Both the position numbers and the translations under genes were made by a program. Below are positions 13,030 through 26,400 of a stretch of 64,000 nucleotides of DNA, piece by piece. A model generated the notes under the pieces. It saw only the letters and a program-made list of their open reading frames with translations. It ran no database searches and had not been told where the DNA came from. Source of the stretch: Dictyostelium discoideum (lineage: Eukaryota); NCBI GenBank assembly GCA_000004695.1, contig CM000153.2:96001-160000 (forward strand), given 5' to 3'. Within the stretch, counting starts at the first letter, position 1. Each line of letters begins with the position of its first letter.

Positions 13030-14049
13030 ATGAAATTATTAATTCTTTTAATAATTTTAATTATAAATTTAAAATTGTATTTATGTAATTTAGAAATTGA
13101 AAATTTATTTATTGAATGGACAAATAAATATAATAAAATATATAGTAATAAAGAATTTTATATGAGATTTAATAATTTTAAAAAGAATAAAGAATATGTT
13201 GATCAATGGAATGAAAAACAATTGGAAACTATTTTAGAATTAAATTTTTTTGCTGATTTATCAAGAAACGAATATATAAATAATTATCTTGCAAGTTTTA
13301 TTGATATTTCAAATATTGAACAAAAGAATACTAAATATGAAGGAAATTTAAAAAATAATTTTAACAATTCAATAAAATCAATTGATTGGAGAAATTTTGA
13401 TGCAGTAACACCTGTAAAAAATCAAGGTTTATGTTCTGGAGCTGGTTATTCATTTTCTGCAATTGGAGTAATAGAAAGTTCACATTTTATTAAAAATAAA
13501 GAATTAATAACATTATCTGAACAAAATATTATTGATTGTACAACTGATATGGGCAATAATGGTTGTATGGGTGGACTTGCTTTAATTGCATTCGACTATA
13601 TTATTAAACAAAAAGGAATTGACAGTGAATTTAATTACCCATATGAAGGATACCTAATAGAACCATATGAAGGTAGAGGAAGATGTCGTTATAATTCATT
13701 CTATTCAAAAGCTTCAATTAGTTCATATATTGAAATTGAAAGATTCAATGAGAATGAATTAACTCAATCTCTAATAAAATCTCCAGTATCTGTAATGATT
13801 GATGCTTCACAATTATCATTTATGCTTTATAAATCTGGTGTTTACAAAGATCCATCTTGTTCAAGTACAATATTAAATCATGGAATATTAAATATTGGAT
13901 TTGGTGTGACACCTGAAAATGGTAATGAATATTATATTTTAAAAAATTCTTTTGGTTCGAAATGGGGAATGAAAGGTTACATTTATTTATCTAGAAATTT
14001 TAATAATCATTGTGGTATATCTTCAGTTGGAATTTCTGTTGTTATTTAA
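13030..14049 (+). CDS. Secreted papain-family (C1A, cathepsin-L-like) protein with the catalytic Cys replaced, a predicted pseudoprotease, 339 aa.
   Basis: It has a signal peptide (MKLLILLIILIINLKLYLC) and an I29-like propeptide (EWTNKYNKIYSNKEFYMRFNNFKKNKEYV). The active-site region reads QGLCSGAGYSFSA where papain has QGxCGSCWAFS, so the catalytic Cys becomes Ala and the following Trp becomes Gly. The His (NHGILNIGFG) and Asn (YYILKNSFGSKWGMKGYI) regions are conserved. Confidence 0.7.
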   Translation: MKLLILLIILIINLKLYLCNLEIENLFIEWTNKYNKIYSNKEFYMRFNNFKKNKEYVDQWNEKQLETILELNFFADLSRNEYINNYLASFIDISNIEQKNTKYEGNLKNNFNNSIKSIDWRNFDAVTPVKNQGLCSGAGYSFSAIGVIESSHFIKNKELITLSEQNIIDCTTDMGNNGCMGGLALIAFDYIIKQKGIDSEFNYPYEGYLIEPYEGRGRCRYNSFYSKASISSYIEIERFNENELTQSLIKSPVSVMIDASQLSFMLYKSGVYKDPSCSSTILNHGILNIGFGVTPENGNEYYILKNSFGSKWGMKGYIYLSRNFNNHCGISSVGISVVI

Positions 14050-14199
14050 ACAAAATAAAAAAAAAAAATAAAAAAAACTAATAAATTTTAATTTTAAATA
14101 AATAAATAAATAAATAAGTGTTTTTGTTTTATTATTATTATTAAACTTTCTAGGATAAATCAACTAAAACAAAAAAAACATTGATTTTTTTTTTTTTTT

Positions 14200-15283
14200 T
14201 TAAAGCAAAGCAAAGATAATTGAGAAAATAATTAAAGCAAAGAATGGAATAACAGTTGATGATGAACCTGGTTCATTGTCGTTATAACTTTCACTGTTCA
14301 TACTTGTTGACATATCACCATAGTATGAACCATTTGCACAAATGACATCCCATTTCCAATCCATTGGAAGATTTAAACTGTAATCAGCATCTTGAATTAA
14401 AGCAATGACACCTTGACCACAACGAGAACCACCAACATCACTATTACCTTTATCAGTAAAGTTATGAACGGCCATACCTCTACCAATGACTAAAGCGGCA
14501 GTGACATGATCAGTCTCATAATAATAGTAACCAGTATCCATCATATCTTGAGAGAAAGCACAGAAATTACCAAAATCACCATAATGTCTAGTTCCAGATG
14601 GTGGGAGAGAATGTTCTTGACCAGTCTTTAAGAAATGACCACCAATTGAAGTACCATTATCCGATGAAACATCACCAAATTGATGAACATGGAAACCATG
14701 AGCTTGATAAGATAAACCGGAAACTTTAGCAGATACTTGAATGAATGAAGAATTGAGTGCTTTGAATAAAACTCTACCTTCAATGTAATCACCTTTGGTG
14801 ATGGTAGTATTGTAAACTACTGCTAAACCAATTGCATTCTCTAAATTTGAATAGGATGATGCAGTGTTGACACCTGTTAATTTAGATTTATCAAATGATG
14901 AATAATCGATATTACCAACACCAATAGTACAAAAACTAATCATATCACCAATTACTGATTTACTTGGATCTGAACAATCATAACTACCACCATAGATTGC
15001 AATTGAACGACCAATAATTGAATTGGCATCATCTTTAATATTTGGAATGTTTAATGAAATTGTTTGTGCTTCAACATTACCACCATTTGCTTGAATATTA
15101 CCAATATCACCTGCACGTGGTGTTCCACTTGGACATCCTGCTGTCTTTACATTGGTTGGATCAAATACACTTCCTAAATTGGTCATTGATGATGGATTAT
15201 AACCATATGTTAAAATTTGTGCAGCAAATTGTGTATTTTGTGCATATGATGTTGTAAAATCAAATGTAATATTTAATGTTGTT

Positions 15284-15326
<43 letters not shown>

Positions 15327-15541
15327 TAAAATAATTTAAATAAATAAATAGTTAATAATTATTCCAAATTTTTTTTTGGAAAATATTATTTTTAAACACT
15401 TACATCAGTACTTAAAAGATGAGCAATACCTTCAACACCACCAATTGATAATTCATTGAATTTACAAAAAGCATATTGGTAATCGGCTTTTGCAATGGAA
15501 ATAACTGAAATCAAAAATACTAATACAGATAAAAGTCTCAT
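14200..15541 (-). CDS. sodC: Extracellular GPI-anchored Cu/Zn superoxide-dismutase-like protein with two SOD-like domains, possibly SodC. Two exons, 15541-15404 and 15285-14200, 407 aa.
   Basis: Exon 1 is MRLLSVLVFLISVISIAKA DYQYAFCKFNELSIGGVEGIAHLLSTD with the GTAAGT donor at 15403. The acceptor aag|GGA is at 15286, and the reading continues GTTLNITFDF... into the track ORF. The second domain has the Cu/Zn-SOD signatures GFHVHQFGD...GGHF and GRGMAVHNFTDKGNSDVGGSRCGQGVIAL. The upstream domain is degenerate (GRSIAIYGG..., His ligands missing). The C-terminus SSSTVIPFFALIIFSIIFALL looks like a GPI signal. The sodC symbol is a guess from a recalled 407-aa GPI-anchored SodC. It could be another extracellular SOD paralogue. 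Confidence 0.7.
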
Positions 15542-15918
15542 TTTTTATTTTGAGATAAATAATCAATCAGACTGTAACTTGGAGGAGAAAAAAAAAAAAA
15601 AAAAAAAAAAAAATGGCTATACGGAAAAAAAATTTTTTTAAAAAAAAAAAAAAATAAAAAAAAAAATAAAAATAAAAATAAAAATCAGAAAAGATATTTT
15701 TTTTTTTTTTTTTTAATAACAAACCAACTGCCTGCCACTTGGGTATTATTTGAAAAATAACAATCAAATAATTTATGAACTAATTTCTTGAAAATATCTA
15801 AAAAAAAAAAAATAAAAAATAAAAATAAATAAAAAAAAAAAAAATATTTAGACACTTAAGATAAAAACCAGATTTGTGAATTTAGGGATTTTTTGGTTGT
15901 AAATTTAGGGATTTTTGG

Positions 15919-15958
<40 letters not shown>

Positions 15959-17296
15959 AATAAAAAAATAATCACTTCATTTTTTTTATTCTTATATGAC
16001 TTTGTGTATTTTTGAATGTTCTATTTATCTAAACTAAATTGATATTAAAAATTAAATAATTGTTTTTAGTGAAAAATAAAAAAAAAATAAAAAAAAAAAG
16101 AAAATTTTCATTTTTTTGTGTTAAATTTTTTTTTTTTCAACTTTTTTTTATTTTTAACAATTTTCCCAACACATTCAATGTCTCGTCTAAATTTAAACTT
16201 TTTTTTAGAGTGGTCGTCTGATTTTATATATTTTAATAGATGGACTTCAACTTCACCAGGTAAAACTATTTTTCTTGTAAGTTCCCAATGATAATAATAA
16301 TAATAATAATAAAGATTTAAGAAATTGACTAACATTCACAAAAATTAAAAAAAGGAAAAGGATAATTCCCTTTCATTAACAAGGGATTGGTATGCATCAA
16401 CTTCATCTATTCCCTCCCAACAAATACTTTATTGTATTATATTTATTCTATTTTATTATATTGCATTTTGTTAAACATAAGAGTTGAACAATGGATTTTT
16501 TTAAAAGAAAAAAAAAAAAAATAAATAAAAAAATATAAAATAAATTGTAAATAATCCTTATCTTTTTTTTCAAACCACAATATCGATAATAAACTTATTT
16601 TCATAAAAAAAAAAAAAGATTTAAAAAAAAAAAAAAAAAATATCTTATTTGTTGTAAAAACTTGGAAAATAAAAAAAATAATAATAAAAATAATAGTAAT
16701 ATTAATAGTTCATCTTTGGAATAGTTTTTTTATTTTTTTTTTTTTTATTTTTTTTTTTATTTATTTTTCTACATATATTATATTTTTTTTTTTTTTTGAA
16801 TTTTTTAGTAATTTCTCCTCTTTTACCTTCACTTTATTTTTATTATTTTTCTTATTTTTATTATTATTATTTTTTTTTTTTTTTAAAAAAATTTTTAAAT
16901 TAATTTAGATCTCTCTCTAAATTCTTAAAATAGTTTTTTAATTTTGGATAAAATCTAAAAACAATGAAAAAAAAAAAAATTAAAAAATTAAAAAATTAGT
17001 TTCCAAAAAAAGGAATTTTTGTTTTTTTTTTTTATTTATTTTTTTATTTATTTTTTTATTGTTTTTTTTTTTTATTTTTTATTTTTAAGAGATTCAATTA
17101 AATTGCCTTCACAAAATTGTGTGATTTATTAAAATTTTAAAAAAAATAAAATAAAATAAAAAAAGTAAACCAAAAAATAATAATAAAATAAATAAAAAAA
17201 AAAAATAAAAAAAAATAATCTTTTCTTTATTTTATTTTTTTATTTTTTATTTTTTAATTTTTTGTATAACAAACTTAAAGATACAAAACAGTTGTA

Positions 17297-17344
<48 letters not shown>

Positions 17345-17430
17345 TATTATAAAAATAATAAATAATAATAAATAATAAATTACAAATAATAAATAATAAA
17401 TAATAATAAATAATAAATAATTTTTAAAAA

Positions 17431-18507
<1,077 letters not shown>

Positions 18508-19314
18508 TTAATAAATATTTATTTTAAACTTTAAAGAATTCTTTTTTCCTTTTTTTTTTTTTTCTTTTTTTATTTCTTTTTTTTACAAATCTTTTTTCGC
18601 AAAAAATTAAAAACAAACCCAAAGAATTCCTTTTTTTCCATTTATTTTAATTGTTTCCAATAAAATAATAATACAATTTTGAATTATTAATTAAAGAATA
18701 TTAAAGGCAAATTAAAATGTAGGTAAACTTATTATCTTTATTATTTTTTTTTTTTAATAATTTTTTGCCTAATTCAAAAAAACTAATCTTGGTCTAGACT
18801 TTTACCTTTAAATTTTAAAAAAATAAAAAAGAATTTTTTTATGTTTGGAAACAATGAAAAATGTAGTTTTATAACATATAAAACCAATTTTCAATATTAT
18901 TTTATTAAATAAAGATTTATGTTGTAAACTAATTGACTTTGACTGATATTTTTGACTGTTTATAAAAAAAAAAATTTATAAAAAAAAAAAAAAAGGTACT
19001 GATACACGACTACTGTTAATTTACTATTGTTGCGTTGTTGTTACAACATAATAAATAGTTGCTGTTGTTACCAATGAAGATGACTAACCATTTAATTAAG
19101 AAGAAGAAAGGGGAAGGGAGGGGGAGAAATGGATTATAAATAGCCATTATTTGAAGTAATTGATACCACAAAGAAAAAAGCCATAACTTTACCATTTAGA
19201 GATATTGAAATAACTAAAATGTTCCACTATCACCACCACCTCACCTTTTACCTATTCGTGCGAGTAGTTAAGGTTGGGTGTTGAACATTTCAAGTTACTC
19301 CAATGTTATTCGGG

Positions 19315-19671
19315 TTAATGCGACCCAGCTACAACAGTAGAACTAATGTTTAACAACATCTTGAGTTGATTCGACATTGCTTCAAGATTTTGTTGTTGTT
19401 GTGGTAGAACTGGTGGTGGGACAGGTGCGACATCTTCTTCATTTGAGAAAAAGTCATCAAAATTAAGAACTGGTAATGCAGTTGGATTTGGAGAGTTGCT
19501 CCAACTTCCACCAGCATAATTTCCAGTTGAAGGTGAGGTAATTACTTTTCCTTTAGTTGGCGAAGTTGATCTTGGTGGTGTGTTTATTTTGTTATTTGAT
19601 GTATTTAATTTTTTTGGTGAAAAATTATTATCATTATTTAAATTTGTTTCCTTTTGTATGAATTAAAAAAA

Positions 19672-19710
<39 letters not shown>

Positions 19711-19718
19711 AACTAATT

Positions 19719-19769
<51 letters not shown>

Positions 19770-19772
19770 TAC

Positions 19773-19819
<47 letters not shown>

Positions 19820-20295
19820 ACTTTAATTAAAGGTGTTAGAAGTATACTAATATCATTTTGTTGTTGTTGATTTTGTTGTTGGAATTGTTGATGATATTGT
19901 TGATGTCTATTTTTAATTTGCATATATTGTTGTTGTTGTTGTTGTTTTAAAGCTTTCATATCCATATTGGTTTCTTCACTATTATTATTTAATTGGTTAA
20001 CATTTGGTAATCTCTTTCTTTGTGGTGAGTATTTGCTTTGAGAAATTGGTTTCTTTATTTTTTCATTTTCGTTTGGAGACATTATAAAGTAACCACCTTG
20101 AAATTCACCAACATCTGACTTGGCTACGACGGCATCTTGGAAAACGGGTTTTTTTGGTGTATTTGATAAAGGAGCTCTTTTGTTATTATTGTTGTTATTA
20201 TTATTATTATTATTATTATGGTTATGATTATGGTTATGTTGATTATTATTATTTACAACAACTCTCTTGTTATCGGTGTAATGTGTGTTATTCAT
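19315..20295 (-). CDS. Hypothetical protein of about 270 aa in two exons, 20295-19824 and 19647-19315.
   Basis: Exon 1 (MNNTHYTDNKRVV...QQQNDISILLTPLIK) ends at the GTATGT donor. The intron consists almost entirely of A(25-40) and T runs around (AT)8. The acceptor aaag|GAA leads into ETNLNNDNNFSPKKLNTSNNKINTPPRSTSPTKGKVITSPSTGNYAGGSWSNSPNPTALPVLNFDDFFSNEEDVAPVPPPVLPQQQQNLEAMSNQLKMLLNISSTVVAGSH*. The tail of track ORF 19663-20295 (FFFFF...) is intron read-through. Confidence 0.5.
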
Positions 20296-21130
20296 TTTAT
20301 TAATGTTTGAGTTAAATTTTATATATAAAAAAAATTATTAATTGAAATTTTTGTTGTTTAAAATTTATATACAAGTGTTTAATTAGGTTTAAAGTGTATG
20401 AGTAGGTGTGTATATGATATAAAGTTTGCCTTTAAAAAAAAAAATCGGTCAAAATTTTAATATCTTTAGAAATTATTATTATTATTTAATAAATTGCTAT
20501 TATTATTTACTATTATTTTTTATTTGTCTATTAATTATTATATATTATATATTATCTATTGGATATATAGTATTTTTTTTTTTTTTTTTTTTATAAACTT
20601 TTTTTTTTTTTTTTTTAATATAAAATTTTAATATTTAAAAAAAAAAGAAAAAAGATGTTGGAGAGAAAAAAAAAAAATTATTTAAAGAGATAAAATATTT
20701 AATTTATATGTGGTTGAAATTTATAAAAAAATGTACAAAGAAAAAAAACAATAAATAAAAAAAATTGTTATTGTTATTAGTTTACTTGGTTACTTGTTTT
20801 TAATTATTATTATTATAATTATAATTATTATTTTTATTATTATTTAACCCCTTTATTTATTATTATTATTTTTTAAAAGTTAAGTGGGGAGTAAATATTA
20901 TTACTATGTTATTTATTTTTTTTTTTATTTTTTATTTTTTTAATGTGTGTGAGTGTGTTGAGAAAAAAAAAAAAGAAAAACAATAAAAAAAAAAAATTTT
21001 TAAAACCCAAAAAAAAAATAAAAAAAAAATAAAAAAAAATTTAAAAAAAAATAAAAAAAAATTTAAAAAAATTAAAATAAAATTAAAATAAATTTTTTTT
21101 AATTTTAATTTTTTAATTTTTTTTTTTTTT

Positions 21131-21165
<35 letters not shown>

Positions 21166-21201
21166 CTTTGGTGGTTTGTTAGTTTATTAATAATAGTGAG
21201 C

Positions 21202-21238
<37 letters not shown>

Positions 21239-21497
21239 AAATTTAAAATAAAGTTTAAAAAAAAAAAAAAAATCACACAATTGCAATTGTTGTGCATGTG
21301 TGAATGTTACCATAACGTGATATAATCTAATGTGTGTGAGTTAGTGGTGGTGGAGGTGTGGTGGTTATTGCAACAATTGAAATTTATTTGTTTTATTGTT
21401 ATCATAATACCTGCAAAAAAAAAAAAAAAAATGGTAGGGGGGTGTGTAAAAAATAAAATAAAAATAGATTTAAGATATGTAATATGAATGTAGATAA

Positions 21498-21530
<33 letters not shown>

Positions 21531-22730
21531 ATTAAAAAAAAAAATTAAAAATAAAAATAGAAAATAAAAAAATAAAAAAAATAAAAAAAATAAAAATAAA
21601 AAAATTTTATGGAGTGTGGCTACTAACTAGCACATCTCGATAATTAATTCTATTAAAATAATTTTTATCCCCATAGTTTTTTTTTTATTTTTTTTTTTTT
21701 TATTTTTTTATTGTATATCTAGATATTATTACCATTTTTTTTTATATTTTATTTTTTTATTTTTTTTTTATTTTTTTATAACCCTAATTATTTTACAGAC
21801 TTAAGTGTCTTTACTTTTTTAACTATTTAATAAATATAATAAATATTTTTCACTATTTTTCAAATAGTTTTTTATTTATTTTTTTTATTTTTTTTTTTTG
21901 TCATCATAGATTTCTTTTTAAGGTTATGATGTAAATATGAATATATTTGAATAAAAAAAAAAAAAAAAAAAATTAAAATTAAAATTTCTTAATATTACAA
22001 AGTAACCTTTTTCAAATAAATATTTTAGGTTATTGATTATTTTATTTTTTATTTTTTAAAATTATTATCATTTGACTTTAATTTTTATTACCTTTTTAAT
22101 TTCCCAAATTTGTTTTCAAAAATTAAAAATTAAATATTTTATTTGGAGTTTTTAACAATTTTCTTTGATTCAGATCCATTATGGGTTGGTTTATAATATC
22201 CTATAATCATAAAAAAAATCAAAACATAATTATAATAAAATAAAACTATTTTTATTTTAATTGTCTTAAAATTATTTTATTTATTTATTATTTAAATAAT
22301 TAATATTAATTTAAATTACAAATAATAATTTCTTATCTATCTAAAGAAAAAAATAAATAAATAAATAAATAGTTGTATTTCAGTAAAAATGTGAAAAAAA
22401 AGAAACAAATCATATTTTTACAGAAATACAACTATTTCTAGGAAATTTTAAAAATCGTGGGAAAATTTTTTTTTATTTTTTATTTTTTTTTTTTTTTTCA
22501 TTTTTTTTTTTTTTTTAATATTTTTTTATTTTTTTAATTTTTTAATTTTTAATATATATAATTGTGTAACATTGTATACTTACAAAAATAATAATAGAAT
22601 AACTTAATTGTTTTTTTTAATATATATTTAAATTAAGTCACATACAAAAATAAAATAAAAAAAAAAAAAAAAAAAAAAAAAAATATTAAAAAATAATAAA
22701 CAAATCTATAAATATATAAATAAATAAAGA

Positions 22731-23131
22731 ATGAAAAGAAGTTTAGCACCAAGTGCAATTTATGAAAATAAAAAATTAAAATACGATTTACCAGATATAG
22801 TTGAAACAACTCCAGATGATAGTGATAAAGGTAAAAGAGGTAGAAAGAAAGCACCTATACCAACAGTTAATCATTTAGAGAAATATTCAATAAAGAAAAA
22901 GGTTGAATTAAAAGATGAAGATAATAAAAGTGATGATGGTAGTGTTAGTAGTGGTAGTAGCAATGGTGATAAAATTAGAGAAGAAACAAAAAAAGGTAAA
23001 AATCAAAGAATGAACCCAGATTCTGACCCATATTACTTTTTAATTAAATATAAAAATACAACAAAAAATGATGAAGAAGATGGTTTAGGTTTGTATTTTA
23101 TTATTATTTATTATTTATTATTTATTTATTA

Positions 23132-23166
<35 letters not shown>

Positions 23167-25607
23167 AAGGTATTTTAATATTATATTATGATCAAGCAAT
23201 TGTTCAATCAATTGAAGGTAGACAAATTGGTAAAACTGGTTTAACAAGAAGTAATGATGATGATGATGATGGCAAAGGTCAATATCAAAAAGTAATGATT
23301 AAAAAGAAGGAAGTTTATTTTCAAGAGGATTTTGCAATGGCAATTGGTAATAAATGGATAAAGATTATTTTATCAGTTGGTGAAGAAGAGTTTAAGAATG
23401 GTTCAATCTTTTTGAAGACAGATAGTATTATAAAAAAGAAAAAAGAGGAAAAAAAAGAAAAAAAGGCACCAATTCTAGCAGCAGCTCATAGACCAAAAGG
23501 ATTTCAAGTACCAGTGAAGGGATTGGAGAAAGCAGTACGTCTTTCCAAACCATTACATAACCCATTGGCACCCAATTCATTGGTATTGTTTACACCAGTC
23601 GATATCACTGGTGAGAATAGAATTCATTGTGTTGTAGATCCTATATTATCACAAAAACTTAGACCACATCAAAGGGAGGGTGTTCAATTCATGTTTGATT
23701 GTTTGTTGGGATTTAGAGGTGGTTTCAAAGGTAATGGTTGTATTTTAGCCGATGATATGGGTTTGGGTAAATCAATTCAAGCGATCACTATCCTTTGGAC
23801 ACTCTTAAAACAAGGTCCTAAGGGTGAATCGACTGCAAAGAAGGCTGTAATCGTTGCACCATGTACTTTGGTTGGTAATTGGGGTCAGGAATTAAAGAAA
23901 TGGTTAGGTGATGGTGTAAATACGGTTGCAATTGGTGAGAGTACAAAAACAGGTCGTGCCAAATTGACAGAGTTGGAATTTGGTAAAGCAGATGTACTCA
24001 TCATTTCCTATGATCAACTTCGTATCTATTGCGAGGATATTTGTAAGATTACATCGATTGGTTTGGTAATTTGTGATGAAGGTCATCGTTTGAAAAATGC
24101 AGAAATTAAAACCACCAAAGCAGTATCGATGATACCAACAGCTCGTCGTGTTATTCTCTCTGGTACACCAATTCAAAATGATTTAACCGAATTTTATGCA
24201 ATGGTTAATTTCGTTAATCCTGGTGTATTGAAAAATGTTGCAACCTTTAAAAATGTTTATGATGCTCCAATTGTTGCCTCGAGAAATCCAGATGCTTCCG
24301 ATGAAGAGAAGGAGATTGGTCGTCAACGTTCTTTAGAGTTGAGTAGATTAACTAGTCAATTCATTTTACGTAGAACTGCATTTGTAAATACTCAATATCT
24401 TCCACCAAAGGTAGAATACGTTATCTTTTGTAAACTTACACCTCTTCAACTTTCAATCTATAAACATCTCATTAAAGAAGCAAAAGATTCTGCATTTGCA
24501 TCGACAACTGGTGCCTTACCATTAATTACCACATTGAAAAAGTTATCAAATTGTGCAGAGTTGGTTTACACACCCGATAAAGAGACAGATGTTGGTACCT
24601 CCATATTAAAGTTATTCCCAAAGGAATGGAATCCAAAAGTTTTCCAACCACAATACTCTAGTAAGTTATTGTTTGTAGATCGTTTACTTGCAAATATTAG
24701 AAACTCAAAATCTGGTGATAAAACTGTAATCATTTCAAATTATACTCAAACCTTGGAAGTATTGGCAACAATGTGTAAAACTCGTGGTTACGCATACTTT
24801 CAATTGGATGGTTCGACAGCCAATGCTAAACGTCAACAATTGGTCAATCTTTATAATGACCCAGCCAGACCAGAGTTTGTATTTCTTCTTAGTTCAAAAG
24901 CAGGTGGTGTTGGTTTGAATCTTATTGGTGGTAATCATTTGGTTTTATTCGATGCAGATTGGAATCCAGCAAATGATGCCCAATCTATGGCTCGTGTTTG
25001 GAGAGAAGGTCAAAAAAAAATCGTATCCATTTATCGTACCTTTACAACTGGTACCATTGAAGAGAAAATCTTTCAAAGACAATTAACCAAACAAGCACTT
25101 TCAACAAGTATCACTGAAGGGGATTCTGATAATTCACCATCTTTTGACTCAAAGGATTTAAAAGATATTTTTACACTTCGTGAAGATACACTTTGTGATA
25201 CTCATGATATGTTAAGTTGTAAATGTGCACCTACTGTTGGTGGTAAAATCCCAAAACATAAAAGAGATACCATGTCTATTAGTGAACTTAATTCATGGCA
25301 TCATTTCCATCAAATGGAAAAAATTAAAGATCAAAAAGTTGCTTCAGCATGTCAAGATATTGCAACATTTGTTTTTGTAAATGATAAAGGTCCAGTTGAT
25401 AAAAACAAATCAAAAGAAAAAACTTCAAATACTACTACAACTACTACAACTACCACTTCAACTTCAACTTCTAAATCTGAAAAATCATCACCACCACCAT
25501 CTTCATCAAAACATAAGAAAAAAATTATTGAAGAATCAAGTGATGAAGATGATGATACACCAGATGAAGCTTCAAGTGATGAAAGTTATAATTCTGATAG
25601 TGATTAG
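22731..25607 (+). CDS. rad54: RAD54-like SWI2/SNF2 DNA repair and recombination ATPase. Two exons, 22731-23088 and 23170-25607, about 930 aa.
   Basis: Exon 1 ends ...NDEEDGL G with the GTTTGT donor in phase 1. The acceptor aag|GT gives G-ILILYYDQAIVQSIEGRQIGKTG..., continuing into the track ORF. SNF2 motifs are present: LRPHQREGVQFMFDC, ILADDMGLGKSIQAITILWTLL, DEGHRLKN, LSGTPIQNDLTEFYAMVNF, LSSKAGGVGLNLIGGNHLVLFDADWNPANDAQSMARVWREGQKK. The region HNPLAPNSLVLFTPVD...HCVVDPILSQKLRPHQ is close to the human RAD54 N-terminal region. Confidence 0.85.
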
Positions 25608-25744
25608 TTAAAAAAAAAAAAAAATTTCAAAATAATAATAATAACATAATAATAAACTGATGATTTTGTAAATGTACATAAAAATTTCTTTTTCAATTTT
25701 TTTTTATTGATTTATTTAAACTTTTTCTTATTATTTATTTTTTT

Positions 25745-25767
25745 TATATATTTTTTTATTTATTTTT

Positions 25768-25826
<59 letters not shown>

Positions 25827-25830
25827 TATT
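25745..25830. repeat. (TTTA)n of about 20 units downstream of rad54.
   Basis: Direct reading. Confidence 0.9.
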
Positions 25831-25849
25831 AATGGTTGAGAATATTTCA

Positions 25850-26400
25850 AATGGTGGTAAATAACATGACAAGGTTGTATCATTAAAATATTTTGTATTT
25901 AAACATTCACCATCATTGTATTATTATTATTATAAAGACAAAACCATTCACCATTCATTGTGATAGTACTATCAATTTTGAAATTGAAATTGTATCATAT
26001 TTTTGTTTAAATATTAAATTTTGATTAGTAACCCGAGTTACATTTATTAAACAGCTTCCACTTGGTAATTTAGTTTGAAGAGTTCTAATTATACCACTTT
26101 TTTTCAGTACTATTATTAATTGAATAATTAGAATTTGTAATATTAATGTTGTCGAAATAGTAAATCTGTATTATTTTTATTTAAACCACCACATTTTATT
26201 TATTGATCCACAAGCATAAACTAAAGGGTTGTAACATTAACTGTTAAATAAAATATCTTGGATTAATTAAAATTGAAATTTTATCATAAATTTTTACAAA
26301 TATGATTATCATCATTAACTTTTAATATAATTAATTCATGGTCAATAGAGAATATTTTATAGTTTTTATTGTTAACAGTTACTAATCACCAATTTTACAC
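25850..26400 (-). pseudogene. Degenerate paralogue of the IPT/TIG (tgr-like) fragment at 2815-3660, with stops in every frame.
   Basis: The base composition is coding-like, unlike the flanking A/T desert. The minus strand shows remnants such as FNFKIDSTITMNGEWFCLYNNNN. Nucleotide similarity to 3120-3330 is visible, for example actattattaattgaataattagaatttgtaatattaatgttgtcgaaatag against actattttgattaattgatggttatttatagattatattaaatgttgatactatt. Confidence 0.35.
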
